A stretch of DNA of 64,000 nucleotides from an uncultured delta proteobacterium. Its GTDB lineage: Bacteria; Desulfobacterota; Zymogenia; Zymogenales; Zymogenaceae. The notes under the pieces are model-generated. The model saw only the letters and a list, made by a program, of their open reading frames with translations. It searched no databases and had not been told where the DNA came from. Made by a program: the position numbers and the translations under genes. Location of the stretch: assembly GCA_963735595.1 (NCBI GenBank), contig CAVTLK010000001.1, positions 96,001 through 160,000 on the forward strand, in the 5' to 3' direction. Below are positions 21,298 through 32,906 of this stretch, in pieces (the stretch's first letter is position 1; every line of letters starts with the position of its first letter).

Positions 21298-22995
21298 ATG
21301 ATTATCGATCGTAATGTCGAAAAAGTGCTGATCAAAGAAGGCGTACTCACGCAGGAACAACTTGACGCCGCCCTCGCTGAGCACAGGAAGACCAAGGAAA
21401 ACCTCACCTCGATTCTTGTCCGGTTCGGGTACGCCGGCGAAGAGGGAATCATCAAGGCTATCAGCAAGCACTATGAAATCCCCTACGAGGAGATTACGCC
21501 CGAATACGTGGAGGCCGACGTCATACGAATGATCAAACCCGAGCTTGCCCGGAAGTTCCAGACGATTCCGATCAATCTCATTGCAAACCAGATGACTGTT
21601 GCGATGTCCGACCCGCTCAACCTGATAACGCTCGATACCCTTTCGTTTACGCTCGGGAAAAAGATCAAGCCGATCGTCTGCAAGGTCGAGACAATAAATA
21701 ATCTCATTGACCATTTCTTCGGGATGGATGATCAGTTTAAAGCTGAATTGGAGTCGGACGTGAAAGGGGCGGAGGCCAGCTACTACTATGTTTCAGAGGA
21801 AGAACCGGAGAAGACCGAGATCGAGGCAAACGCGGCCCCGATCATCAGGCTGGTCAACCAGATCATCGCCCAGGCGGTAAAGACCAAGGCCTCCGATATT
21901 CATATCGAGGGAGCAAAGCGGGACCTCCTCGTGAGATTTCGCATCGACGGGGTTCTCAGGGAGATGAACACGCTCCCAAAGAAAATTCAACCGTCGGTGG
22001 TTGCACGTATTAAGATTATGTCGAGTCTCGATATCGCCGAGCGCATTAAGCCGCAAGACGGCAGGTTTTCCATTCGCCAGACTACCGGCAACGAGATCGA
22101 TTTTCGCGTCTCAACCTACAGCACGGTAAACGGGGAATCCGTCGTCATGCGGATTCTCGATCAGTCCAAGGCGCAGATAAGACTGGGCGATCTTGGACTC
22201 GATGAGGAGGACAGCGCCGCGATCAAAAACCTCCTGAAAAATCCCACGGGGATGATCATCGTATGCGGGCCGACCGGAAGCGGGAAAACTACGACGCTCT
22301 ACGCATTGTTGAACGAGCTCAACAGCGTCGAGAAGAAGATCATCACGATTGAAGACCCGGTCGAGTATCGAATGCCGCTTCTCAACCAGATCATGATCAA
22401 CGTGCGCAGGGGCCTCACATTTCCAGCAATCCTGAGGGCGGCGCTCAGGCAGGACCCGGACATCATCCTCGTGGGCGAAATCAGGGACAAAGAGACGGCG
22501 GATATCAGCGTTCACGCGGCGCTTACGGGCCATCTCCTGCTCACTACACTCCATACCAACTCCCCGGCCGAGGCCTTCGGGAGGCTCACCGATATGGGAA
22601 TCGAACGTTACTACCTGACGGACGTACTGTCGCTCATCATTGGGCAGCGGCTCATCAGGAAGTTGTGTCAGCGATGCAAGGAGCCCTACACCCCCACGCG
22701 GGAGGAAATCATACGACATGCGTTGAAATATGACCAGGAGAACCCGACCTTTTATAAGTCCCAGGGATGCAATTCGTGCGATTTTACCGGATACCGGGGT
22801 ATGACGGGCATCTACGAGCTGATGGTGATGAACGAGGATATGCGCGATATCGTTTCGAAGGGTGAATCGGTAGACAAGATAAAGCACGAGTCCAGGCGCC
22901 TCGGCAGCGCCAGCCTGTGGGACAGCGCGATAAAGAAGGTCTCGCAGGGGATAATCTCTATAAACGACGCGGTCAAGTTCATACCCCACGATTGA
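21298..22995 (+). CDS. GspE/PilB-family secretion/pilus assembly ATPase
   Basis: ASDIHIE, GPTGSGKTTTLY, LRQDPDIILVGEIRD, LTGHL and CxxC...CxxC; MshEN-like N-terminus. Confidence 0.92.
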   Translation: MIIDRNVEKVLIKEGVLTQEQLDAALAEHRKTKENLTSILVRFGYAGEEGIIKAISKHYEIPYEEITPEYVEADVIRMIKPELARKFQTIPINLIANQMTVAMSDPLNLITLDTLSFTLGKKIKPIVCKVETINNLIDHFFGMDDQFKAELESDVKGAEASYYYVSEEEPEKTEIEANAAPIIRLVNQIIAQAVKTKASDIHIEGAKRDLLVRFRIDGVLREMNTLPKKIQPSVVARIKIMSSLDIAERIKPQDGRFSIRQTTGNEIDFRVSTYSTVNGESVVMRILDQSKAQIRLGDLGLDEEDSAAIKNLLKNPTGMIIVCGPTGSGKTTTLYALLNELNSVEKKIITIEDPVEYRMPLLNQIMINVRRGLTFPAILRAALRQDPDIILVGEIRDKETADISVHAALTGHLLLTTLHTNSPAEAFGRLTDMGIERYYLTDVLSLIIGQRLIRKLCQRCKEPYTPTREEIIRHALKYDQENPTFYKSQGCNSCDFTGYRGMTGIYELMVMNEDMRDIVSKGESVDKIKHESRRLGSASLWDSAIKKVSQGIISINDAVKFIPHD

Positions 22996-23231
22996 TGGCG
23001 GGAGGTCGGGCCACCCTGAGTTCCGGGGCGGATGTACGAACGAATAGTCTGGCGCAGAGAATGACGGGTGCTACCGGAAAACGGTAGCACCCGTACCATC
23101 AATATGAGCGCCTTTACGAAAAAATAGATGTAATTACCCGGTATGCCGTGATACAATGCCGGCCATTGGCCGGCGCCGGCAGAGGGGCCGTCTTTTTTAG
23201 TAGACAGCACACGAATTAACATTATCTCCTA

Positions 23232-25647
23232 ATGGAGGTTACCGTGGCAGCGATATCGGTCACAGAAGGCAACGAAGTCCTCTATATCTCCAATTCCTTC
23301 ATTCGGCTTGGCCTTAATCTAAAAACAGGCAGGCTTTCGATCAGTCGGCCGGATCTAATATTTCCTCGGGTTCGCGAAGCGGTAATAGCGGCCGGATTCA
23401 GGATCGAACGCCTCGCGTCCTCTTCGGTGTTTGCGACCGGCCGGGTTACGGTCTCGAACGACGCGTTGAACGACGTGCATGGAAAGGGGAGGGAAGTCCG
23501 TATCGTCGACGATCAACGGCCCGATCATCTTGAGATGATGCTCACCGTGCGCCTCTATGAGAACCGTCCGTTTTTCCTTATGAGGCTTGGAGTGCGAAAT
23601 ATCGGTGACGGATACGCTTGCCCTCGATGACCTGTTCCTGCTTGACGCTTCGAACGCATCGGGAGGACGGCTGGAGCTGAGCCAGGAGAATCGGCCCCTT
23701 AATTTCTTCAAGGTCGGATGGCATGACTGGTGCTACTACGGGACTCCTGACCGCCCGCGATCGGGACGTCTCCACCATGATCGGGCATTGGGTCGGTAAG
23801 ATGTACTTCAATCCCACCACGCCCATCTCGCGAAGGCGAGGGGACTTCTGGGGCGAGGGCTGGGGAATCGTGACCGATCAGAAAACCGCGATCGTGGCCG
23901 GCTTTGCCACGACGGCAGACCAGTTCGGGCAGCTGCACGTGGACTGTCATCCCCGTCGGGAAGCGCTTACGCTCGTCGCCCGGGCCGACGGAATCCCGCT
24001 TGACCCGAACGAGGAATTCCTATCCGAATGGGCGTTCTTCCAGTTTGTGGATCTTCCGCATCCTGACCCGGCCGCCGACTATGCGGAAACGGTGGCGCGA
24101 TTCATGAAGCCCCGTGTCTCGAGCCCAACCCGCCGGCCAAATGGACCCACTGGTACCATTTCTTCCACGATATCACCGAGGACCTCTTTATCCAGAATCT
24201 GGAGACAATAGACACGATTCGTTCGACCGTTCCGTTCCATACGGTTCAGCTCGACGACGGCTACCAGTCGGCCTGGGGAGACTGGTATACACCGAATGAG
24301 AAATTCCCCAACGGCCTGAAGTACCTGGCGGGCCGGGTTGCGGATAAGGGATTTGTGCCCGGATTATGGCTTGCGCCCTTCGTCGCCGATCCGAAGTCGG
24401 AGCTCGCGCAAAAGCATCCCGATTGGCTGGTGAAAGACCACAAGGGTAAACCCGATTATCGGGGGATACTTCTGGGAGTTCTTCGGATACGTCCTTGACC
24501 TGACCAATCCGGCGGTGCTTGACTGGCTCACGACGCTCATGGAAACCGTCGTGAAGGAATGGGGATTCGGTTTCGTCAAGACGGATTTCGTATATTCCGG
24601 GGCGCTGCCGGGTATTCGATCATGACCCGAAGATTGACCCGCGCCCAGGCCTTTCGAAAAGGTATGGAGGCGATTCGAAAGGGACTGGGTGAAAAGACGT
24701 ATCACCTGGGCTGCGGCTGTCCCTTCGGGCCGTCCATAGGTATCGTCGACGCGATGCGCATCGGGCCGGATACGGCGCCGAACTGGAAGCCGTTCATCAT
24801 GAACATGCGGTGGGCCTCTCCCCTGATCACCCGTGAGAAGAGCATTGCCGCCCTTCGCAACAATATCCGTCATACCCTGAACCTCGGGACCGTCCATAAT
24901 CGCTGGTGGACGAGCGATCCCGACTGTCTGATGGTCAGGAACTACGATACGACGCTCACCGATGAGGAGATTAAGAGCAACGTATCTCTCATCGGCCTTC
25001 AGGGCGGGCTTGTCATCAACTCGGATGACCTGACCCGGCTTTCAGTCGACCGGCAGCGGCTTATCTCATTGCTCCTTCCGGTCATGAGCACGCGGGGCCG
25101 CGCCGTTGACCTCCTCGAGAATGAGATGGTCGAGCTGTACGCCCTGGATATGAACAAGTCATGGGGTAATTGGATTATGGCGGCCCAGTTTAACTGGGAG
25201 CGTAAGACAAGCCGGAAAACGGCTTGACATCGACAGGCTTTCCCTCGATCCGCAAAAGGAATACCACGTCTTTGACTTCTGGGACGCTTCGTATCGATTA
25301 CATACCGGACAATGATATCGACCTTCCCGATATTCCCGCGCACGGGTGCAGGTTGCTGCGTCTGTGCGAAAACACCGGCAAACCGACGGTCGTCGGGTCG
25401 AACGATGCACATTACGTGCGGCGGCGAGATCCAGACTCTGAAGACGGGCAAGCGGGAGGCGACGCTGGTCGTCTCGGACCTGGGAAGACATGCCGAGGGA
25501 GAACTATGGCTCTGGCTGCCGGGGCAGATTACGAGCGCGAAGGCGGGTAAATCCACGATCCCGGTGCGAAAACGGACCGATAACGTCTGGGCGCTCAATC
25601 TATCGCTTCACGGCAAGACAACCGTCACGGTCACGTGGCTCGAATAG
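23232..25647 (+). CDS. Glycoside hydrolase family 36 (alpha-galactosidase-like), several indels
   Basis: Across frames: HWYHF, VQLDDGYQ..WGDW, PGLWLAPF, FVKTDF, MRIGPDT, WWTSDPDCL. Confidence 0.82.
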
Positions 25648-25739
25648 TCTCTGTGAAGTGACGCAGCCCCAACAGCGGGAATGCGGCCCGGTATCAAAAC
25701 AATGGCGAACTGTTTCTTCTCCCGAAACAGGAGGTTACT

Positions 25740-27061
25740 ATGGCTAAGGTAAGAATGTCATCGCGGGATATCATCACGCTGACGCTTCTGGTGGCGATGT
25801 CGGCCTTTTTCTTCGCCGACCAGCGGATCATGACGGCTATAATCAAGGAGCTGTCGATCGAATACGGGGTGAGCGAGAGCATCATCGGGCTATATCGGCT
25901 CGGCCTTTATGCTCATCGGCGCCTTCATCAGCATCGTCTTCGGATATCTGACCGATAAGGTGTCGCGAAAATGGCTCCTCGTGGCGACGGTCCTAATCGG
26001 GGAAATCCCCTGCCTGATGACCGGCTTTAAGGTCTTTACCCAGACAATCGAATCGTTTACGATCCTGAGAATCCTCACGGGCATCGGGATCGGCGGCGTA
26101 TACCCCATCTGCTACTCCTGATTGCGGATTACTTCCGCGAGGAACACCGGCCCACGGCCACGGCGTGGGTTAACGTCGCGTGGATGATCGGTATGGTCGC
26201 AGGCCCGGTGATGGCGGGTTTTCTGACGAACACCTACGGGTGGAGGCTTCCGTTCATACTGGCGGCCCTACCCGGGTTTCCGACGGATCCTCTGTTGCGC
26301 TCTACGCAAAGGACCCCGAGCGCGGCAGGACGGAGGCGGCGCTGGAAGACCTGATCCAGAAGGGACTTACCTACAAGCAGAAGATTAAGCTTTCCGATTT
26401 CAAGGTCCTCTTTACCAACAAGACCAATATCTGGATGTTCCTGCAGTCGCTGCCGGGCACGGTACCGTGGGGTATCCTCGGGTATTGGATGATCCATTTC
26501 CTCGAAAAGTCCAAGGGGATGTCGAAGGAGGCCTCGACGCTCGTCTTTCTGCTCCTTGGGGGTGGCGCCACGGTAGGCGGCATCGTCTTTGCCTATGTCG
26601 GCGAGTGGCTTTATAAAAAGAACCCGAAATACCTCCCGATACTCTGCGGTACGTTTGTCCTGCTCGGTATCATCCCCGCGGTCGCCCTCGTCAATGTGCC
26701 GCTGGGCGCCGGAGGGATCGGGATCGGTGCATTTTACGTCCTCTCGTTCGTCACCGGTTTCATGGTGGCCGTTGCAACGGCCAACGCCAAGGCCATTACC
26801 ATGAACGTCAACCGCCCGGAACACCGGGGATCGATCTTTGCCCTCTATAATATATCGGATAACATCGGGCAGGGATTCGGACCGGCCATCGGGGGGGCGC
26901 TGATCGGCTTCGGCTACACCTTTATGATGAACTTCGCGCTCCCGTTCTGGCTAGTCTGCGGAGCTTTCCTGTTCGTGGTGGCCCGGTACATTACGGCCGA
27001 TCGTGACGCCCTTCAGAAGTATCTGAGGGATCGGGCCGAGGAAATGAAAAAGACGTTATAG
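25740..27061 (+). CDS. MFS transporter (indels)
   Basis: FADQRIM, FGYLTDKVSRK motif A and multiple TM helices over several fragments. Confidence 0.85.
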
Positions 27062-27138
27062 CTTACCGTACCGTCCGTTTCGCCGCCTGCCGGGTTACCC
27101 CCGCCGGCGGCGTTGCCGACTGCGTGGAGGCACGCTTC

Positions 27139-28557
27139 ATGGAGCAGGACGAAAAGAAGAAGAGACTTCCGGTCTGGTTGAAGTTCTCCTACGGGGCGGC
27201 CGAGGGGTCCAATACCCTCGGCTGGACGATGTTTTACGTCTATTTCCTCTTTTTCCTGACCGACGTCGTCGGTCTCTCGCCGTCGTTTGCTGGGCTCGTC
27301 ATGATGATCGGCACGCTCTGGGACGCAGTGACCGACCCGGCGGTGGGGATCTGGTCGGACCGGACAAAATCGAGGCTGGGCAGGCGGCGGTCGTTCATCC
27401 TGTTTACGTCTATCCCATACGGGATAGCCGTGTGGCTCCTCTTTTCCCACTGGGGCCTCTCGCCCCTGATGACCAAGTTCTATTACATCGCGGCGGTCAT
27501 CCTCTATTTCTTCGTCTTTACCTGCCTGAATATCCCGTATACGTCGCTTGCCGCCGAAATGACCCAGGACTACGACGAGCGGACCAGTCTTATCAGCTAT
27601 CGGGCGGGATGGAGCCAGGTCTTTTCGATCATCGCGGCGGCCACACCGCTGATCCTCGTAAAATACTTTTCCGATCGATACGGCTCGGGAGTCGGTTCGA
27701 CGGACCCGGTCGGGTGGTCGATTACAACGGGGATATTCGGAGTCTTGATGATCTTTCCGATCCTTTGGACCTGGCGGGCCACCCGGGGATGCGAGCTCTT
27801 TCCCGAAGAGACAGAAATCTCGTTTCGGGACATCTTCCAGGGGGCTCTCAGGAACCGGCCGTTCCTGTATATTATCGGTATCTGCGCCCTGAGCGGCGTC
27901 GGCCTCAGCGTCGCCGCTGCGGTGATGGTCTATTTCATGAAATACTATATGAACTTCACCGAGGCGCAGCAGTCACTGGCATTCCTGTTCTTCTTCGCGT
28001 GCACGATCCTCTGGATCCCGCTTATCACCTACGTTTCAACGAAGTATGAAAAGCGCTGGGCGTATATCATTTTCATCGGGCTTTGGGCCGTCGTCCAGGG
28101 GGTCGGGGTAATGTTGGTCAAGCCCGGCAATATCGTCTACTTCTACGTGCTGGCGATCCTGGCCTCCGGCGGGGTTATTGCGGTTACGATGATAAATTGG
28201 ATGATGATCCCGGACGTTGTGGAGGTAGACGAGTTCAAGACCGGCCACAGGCGGGAAGGCCTCTATTTTGGAATAACGACCTTTGTCGGCAAAGCCGCCG
28301 GCGCCGTCGCCCTCTGGATCAACGGCATCGTCCTGGAGTGGATCGGCTACGTGGCCAACGTTCCCCAGACAAAGGGCGCGCTTTTGGGAATCCGGCTCAT
28401 CTACGCCGAGGGAACCACGTTCTTCCTCGTTGTCGGGTTGGTCCTTGCGTATCTCCTTCCGATGACCAGGAAAAAGCACCAGGCCCTTCGTAAGGCGATA
28501 GTGCTTAAGAGAGAAGGCAAACCCTACGACGTGTCGCCGTTTAAGGATATCATATAG
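27139..28557 (+). CDS. Glycoside-pentoside-hexuronide (MelB-like) cation symporter
   Basis: WDAVTDPAVGIWSDRTKSRLGRRRSF, NIPYTSL..EMTQDYDERTSL, RREGLYFG. Confidence 0.92.
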   Translation: MEQDEKKKRLPVWLKFSYGAAEGSNTLGWTMFYVYFLFFLTDVVGLSPSFAGLVMMIGTLWDAVTDPAVGIWSDRTKSRLGRRRSFILFTSIPYGIAVWLLFSHWGLSPLMTKFYYIAAVILYFFVFTCLNIPYTSLAAEMTQDYDERTSLISYRAGWSQVFSIIAAATPLILVKYFSDRYGSGVGSTDPVGWSITTGIFGVLMIFPILWTWRATRGCELFPEETEISFRDIFQGALRNRPFLYIIGICALSGVGLSVAAAVMVYFMKYYMNFTEAQQSLAFLFFFACTILWIPLITYVSTKYEKRWAYIIFIGLWAVVQGVGVMLVKPGNIVYFYVLAILASGGVIAVTMINWMMIPDVVEVDEFKTGHRREGLYFGITTFVGKAAGAVALWINGIVLEWIGYVANVPQTKGALLGIRLIYAEGTTFFLVVGLVLAYLLPMTRKKHQALRKAIVLKREGKPYDVSPFKDII

Positions 28558-28700
28558 CATCCAAAGATGCCGTTACGGGCCGTAACGATACCGCCGCAAA
28601 GACCCGCTCCCGGTTCGTCCGGCCCCCGTGGGGGATAGTCGATGGTGTACGGATCGGTTTTCGTCTACGGGCACGTACGTGCGGTATTCCTGAAAGGAGG

Positions 28701-29681
28701 ATGTGGTTGAAACAGGACTATTCGGTCTTCCTCGGCAACGTCGGTTCGTGCTGCGACCGCTTTTGCCGGGCCTACGGGCGTGACTTTTCGGTTGCAGAGC
28801 TCTTCGAGCGGGTAGCCTCCATCGAGGGGATCGGCGCCGTCGATCTTGTTGCGGATCGCAGCCTGTATGAACACGAGGAGGAAATCGTCGCCCTCGTCGA
28901 GAAAACGGGCCTCGTCGTGCCGGCGGTGACGGTGGAGCTGTTCGGCGACCCGAGGTGGAAGGACGGGACCTTTTCGTCGGCAGATCCCGGGGTGCGTAAA
29001 GAGGCCGTCGCATGGGCAAAACGGGCAGTCGATTTTGCCGTGAGGGTGAAATCCCCGATCGTGGGCATCTGGCCGGGCCAAGACGGCTACGACTACCTGT
29101 TTTCGGCCGACTATCTCTCCGACAGGCACAACTTCATCGAGGGGGTGAGGGAGGTTTGCCGCTATAACAGCGCGGTCACCATCGGCCTTGAGTACAAACC
29201 AAAAGAGCCTCGAACCCATAACTACGTGAGCAACGCGGGGATATCCATACTCATGGCCCGGGAGGTCGGTGAGCCTAACGTCGGTGTGATACTCGATTAC
29301 GGGCACGCGCTGTACGCCAACGAAAACCCCGCCGAGACCGTGGCGCTTCTTTTTAACTACGGCGATCTGCTGTGCCACATACATATCAATGATAATTACC
29401 GCTATTGGGACGACGACCTGATCGTCGGAACGGTTCATACCCTCGAATACCTCGAATTCTTCTACTGGCTTGACCGGACAGGGTACCAGGGCTACCTCAC
29501 CATCGACCAGTTTCCCTATCGGGAGGACGGACGTGACGCGGTGGCGGAAAGCGCCCGGTGGCTCGATGCCCTGAGGGGTGTGGTTAACCGCGCCGATACA
29601 GACGAGATCGGGCGTATAATCGCGCGAAAGGACGGCGTTGCCGCAAGTTCCCTGATGCGTAAAATTCTCTTTGGGAAGTGA
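28701..29681 (+). CDS. Xylose-isomerase-like TIM-barrel sugar isomerase/epimerase
   Basis: WPGQDGYDY, LEYKPKEPR, LDYGHA and HIHINDN...DDDL metal ligands. Confidence 0.88.
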   Translation: MWLKQDYSVFLGNVGSCCDRFCRAYGRDFSVAELFERVASIEGIGAVDLVADRSLYEHEEEIVALVEKTGLVVPAVTVELFGDPRWKDGTFSSADPGVRKEAVAWAKRAVDFAVRVKSPIVGIWPGQDGYDYLFSADYLSDRHNFIEGVREVCRYNSAVTIGLEYKPKEPRTHNYVSNAGISILMAREVGEPNVGVILDYGHALYANENPAETVALLFNYGDLLCHIHINDNYRYWDDDLIVGTVHTLEYLEFFYWLDRTGYQGYLTIDQFPYREDGRDAVAESARWLDALRGVVNRADTDEIGRIIARKDGVAASSLMRKILFGK

Positions 29682-29682
29682 C

Positions 29683-30279
29683 ATGAGACAAGACTTGAAG
29701 GACCTGGTGCTTGAAATCGCGGGGATCATCTGGGAGCGGAGGCTCTCGGATACGGCGGGCGGAAATGTCAGTGTCCGCGACGGAGACGCTATCTGCATAA
29801 CCCCCCGGCTGATGGGCTACCGCCTCCGTTGGCAAATAACCGAAAAGGATCTCTCGATCGTTACGCCGGACGGTAAGGTCCTCGAGGGGCCCGAGCAGAT
29901 CACCCGGGAGGGGCTGATGCACCTGGGGCTTTACCGGGAGTTTCCCGACGCCGGGGCTATTATCCACGCCCACCCCTACTGGACGACGGTATTCGTCGCC
30001 CGGGCGCAGCCCATCGTGCCGATGCTGGAGACGACCGGTAAGTTCGGGACGATTAGCTGCGTCCCGGAAGCCCACGGATATTCCGAAGAGCTGGCCGAAA
30101 ACGTCATCACCCATTTCAGCTCGAAGCGTGCCCAATGGGAAAAGACGCCGCTTATGACGATCCTGCCCCGGCACGGTATCGTGGCGATGGGCAAAGACAT
30201 GAACGCCTGCTTTGATATTGTTGATCGAATAGAGACCGAGTGCCGGTGCCAGATTCTCGGTAAGCTCCTTGACCGCTGA
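29683..30279 (+). CDS. Class II aldolase/adducin family protein
   Basis: GGNVSVR, E..MHL.LY, IIHAHP and RHG zinc ligands. Confidence 0.9.
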   Translation: MRQDLKDLVLEIAGIIWERRLSDTAGGNVSVRDGDAICITPRLMGYRLRWQITEKDLSIVTPDGKVLEGPEQITREGLMHLGLYREFPDAGAIIHAHPYWTTVFVARAQPIVPMLETTGKFGTISCVPEAHGYSEELAENVITHFSSKRAQWEKTPLMTILPRHGIVAMGKDMNACFDIVDRIETECRCQILGKLLDR

Positions 30280-30306
30280 TTAAACCTCGATACGTCGGAC
30301 TCCGCT

Positions 30307-31239
30307 ATGATCCTTACCGTTACCCTCAACCCCGCCGTAGACTTTACCGTATTCGGGGGCCCATTCTTGCCGCACCGCACGAACCGGGGCAGGCAGATCT
30401 ATCCTGATCCGGGGGGCAAGGGCAACAACGCGGCCCGGGTCGCCCGAAGCCTCGGCGCCGAGGTGACGGCCACCGGGCTTCTCGGCGGCTTTACGGGGGC
30501 GTTCGTCGACGAATCGTTAAAGACGGAAGGGATCGTTACGTCGTTCTTCCCTATCTCCGGCACCACCAGGTTTACTGCGGCCTATATCGAGGATGAGACG
30601 GGCGCGGAAACCAAGATTGTCCCGGACGGCCCCGCCATTACAAAAGAGGAGGCGGATGGCTTTCTTGCGCACTATGAGCGGCTGATCGGAACCGGCCCCT
30701 GTTCGATTGTCGTCTTATCGGGCTCACTGCCGCGCGGCGTTCCGGAGGATTTCTACTGCACGCTCATTGGAATAGCGGCGGACCGCGAAATACCCGTCGT
30801 CCTGGATACAAGCGGTAATGCGCTGGTGGCGGCGCTTAACAGGCCCCCCTTTATGATCAAGCCTAACCGGGTTGAGGCAGGGGAACTGGCCGGTACCGAC
30901 GACATGGACGGCATCGTGCGCTTTCTCACGGGGCTTTCGGAGACGGTCCCGGTGATCGCGCTGACTCTGGGACGAGACGGGGCCCTGTTCATCACGGCCG
31001 GCCGCACCATACGGATAACCGCGGGCGTCCCGGAATCCGTAAATCCCGTCGGGGCGGGGGACGCCTTTGTGGGGGGATTTGCCGCGGCGTACGACCGATT
31101 CGGTGACGATCGCGACCGCCTTTTTCGATGGGCGGCGGGCGCCGGGACGGCCTGTGCCCGAACCGCGGGGCTCCTCTTTTCGCGGGAGTCATTCAAAGAA
31201 GCCGTCGAAGCCCTCGTTATCGAAGAGATTGAGGCGTAG
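30307..31239 (+). CDS. 1-phosphofructokinase/tagatose-6-phosphate kinase family (PfkB) hexose kinase
   Basis: TVTLNPAVD, PGGKGNNAARV, SGSLPRG, IKPN and VGAGDAF motifs. Confidence 0.92.
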   Translation: MILTVTLNPAVDFTVFGGPFLPHRTNRGRQIYPDPGGKGNNAARVARSLGAEVTATGLLGGFTGAFVDESLKTEGIVTSFFPISGTTRFTAAYIEDETGAETKIVPDGPAITKEEADGFLAHYERLIGTGPCSIVVLSGSLPRGVPEDFYCTLIGIAADREIPVVLDTSGNALVAALNRPPFMIKPNRVEAGELAGTDDMDGIVRFLTGLSETVPVIALTLGRDGALFITAGRTIRITAGVPESVNPVGAGDAFVGGFAAAYDRFGDDRDRLFRWAAGAGTACARTAGLLFSRESFKEAVEALVIEEIEA

Positions 31240-31395
31240 CGGACGGACCGGGAGCATACTTTAGGATAGTATCGGGATGTATGGAGGGCCGGCGATCAGG
31301 CGGCAGAAACGCCCGAACAAATAGGGTTGATTAATTATGTCCAGCGGGATATGATTATCCATCTTTTGTCATATCATCTCAGGGAGTACTACCAC

Positions 31396-32778
31396 ATGGA
31401 AGAAAAAAAGCTGTCCGTCGGGACGAAGATTGGCTACGGTATTTGCGACCTTGGCGGCAACCTCTTTTTTACCGCAACGGCGTTCGTTCTCCTTAATTAC
31501 CTGACCGATACGGTCGGCCTGGCGGCAGGCCTTGCGGGTACTGCCCTGATGGTAGGGCGGCTCTGGGACGCCTTCTATGACCCGATCATCGGGTACGTCT
31601 CGGACAGGACGCAGACCCGGTGGGGGAGGAGGCGCCCCTTTATGTTTGTGGCGGCCATCCCCCTCATGTTCGCGATGGCGCTTATGTTCGTCAACCCGTC
31701 GATGCTCTTCGGTGAAGGTATCCGGACGCTCAATAACCAGATTCCTCTCTTCATCTGGGTCATGGCCGTCTATATCGTTCTGTGCACAACTTATTCGACG
31801 GTGAATATCCCGTATTCCTCAATGACCCCGGAACTGACGACCGACTATAATGAGCGAACGTCGCTCAACGGCTACCGCTTCGGTTTTGCGGCAATCGGGA
31901 CGCTGTTGGGAGCAGGTGCGGCGCTGCCCATTATCGGACTATTTGCCGACAAGAACGCCGGATTTGTAGCCATGGGGGTGATCTTCGGCGTTGTCATGGC
32001 CGTCACGGCGCTCATCACCGTCTTTTCAGTCAAAGAGCCGAAAACGGTGCGGCCCGCCCATCTGGATTTCTTCAAAACCTACCTTGCGGTCTTCAAGAAC
32101 AAGCCGTATCTCCTCATCCTCTGCGGCTATGTTATGCATATTATCGCGATCACTTCGGTAAGCGGGATTGCGATATACTACTTCAAGTATATCCATGGGG
32201 CCGAGGCGAAGACGACAATCGCCATTATCATACTCCTGGTAACGTCAATGATATTCATCCCGGTCTCGGTGATGCTCTCAAAGAAGGTCGGCAAAAAGCT
32301 CGTCTACGGCGGCGGGATGGCGTGGGTTGCGGCAGTATTGATTATCCTCTTCTTTTTCGGCCACAGGCAGCCGATTGCCTTCTCCTACATCATGATGTTC
32401 GTCATGGGGATCGGCTTCGGGTTTACCTATGCGCTTCCCTATGCCATCGTCCCGGACGCCATCGAGTACGACTACCTGAAAACGGGCCAGCGGCGCGAGG
32501 GAGCGTTCTACGGCATCTGGACGTGGGCCCTCAAGATCGGCCAGGCATTCGCGGCCCTGGCCATGGGGTGGGTGCTGGCCCTGATGGGGTATGTCGCAGA
32601 CAAGATCCCGCAGGCGCCCTCGGCCGAGCTGGGCATCAGGCTCTTCCTGGGACCCATTCCGGCGGCGATCTTTATACTGGGGGCGATAGCCGTCTACTTC
32701 TATCCGATCAACGAAAAGCGGTACAAAGAGATCCTGGCCGAGATAGCCGTGATGGAGAAGAAGACGGGCAAAAAGTAG
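31396..32778 (+). CDS. Second GPH-family sugar symporter
   Basis: WDAFYDPIIGYVSDRTQTRWGRRRPF, NIPYSSM.PELT, RREGAFYG. Confidence 0.92.
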   Translation: MEEKKLSVGTKIGYGICDLGGNLFFTATAFVLLNYLTDTVGLAAGLAGTALMVGRLWDAFYDPIIGYVSDRTQTRWGRRRPFMFVAAIPLMFAMALMFVNPSMLFGEGIRTLNNQIPLFIWVMAVYIVLCTTYSTVNIPYSSMTPELTTDYNERTSLNGYRFGFAAIGTLLGAGAALPIIGLFADKNAGFVAMGVIFGVVMAVTALITVFSVKEPKTVRPAHLDFFKTYLAVFKNKPYLLILCGYVMHIIAITSVSGIAIYYFKYIHGAEAKTTIAIIILLVTSMIFIPVSVMLSKKVGKKLVYGGGMAWVAAVLIILFFFGHRQPIAFSYIMMFVMGIGFGFTYALPYAIVPDAIEYDYLKTGQRREGAFYGIWTWALKIGQAFAALAMGWVLALMGYVADKIPQAPSAELGIRLFLGPIPAAIFILGAIAVYFYPINEKRYKEILAEIAVMEKKTGKK

Positions 32779-32906
32779 ACGTCAGTGTAGCTATCAGACA
32801 TCCTATGTCGAAGTGAGAAACGGGGAGAAGTACGCCTGCCGGTTCTGCCATTCAAAGATCCGCATACAACGGCAGTCGGCGGGCGATCCCGTATACACCC
32901 TATTAG

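Noticed and set aside
15851..23200. Island inserted at tRNA-Val
   Set aside because: No duplicate of the tRNA-Val 3' end and no integrase found by eye.
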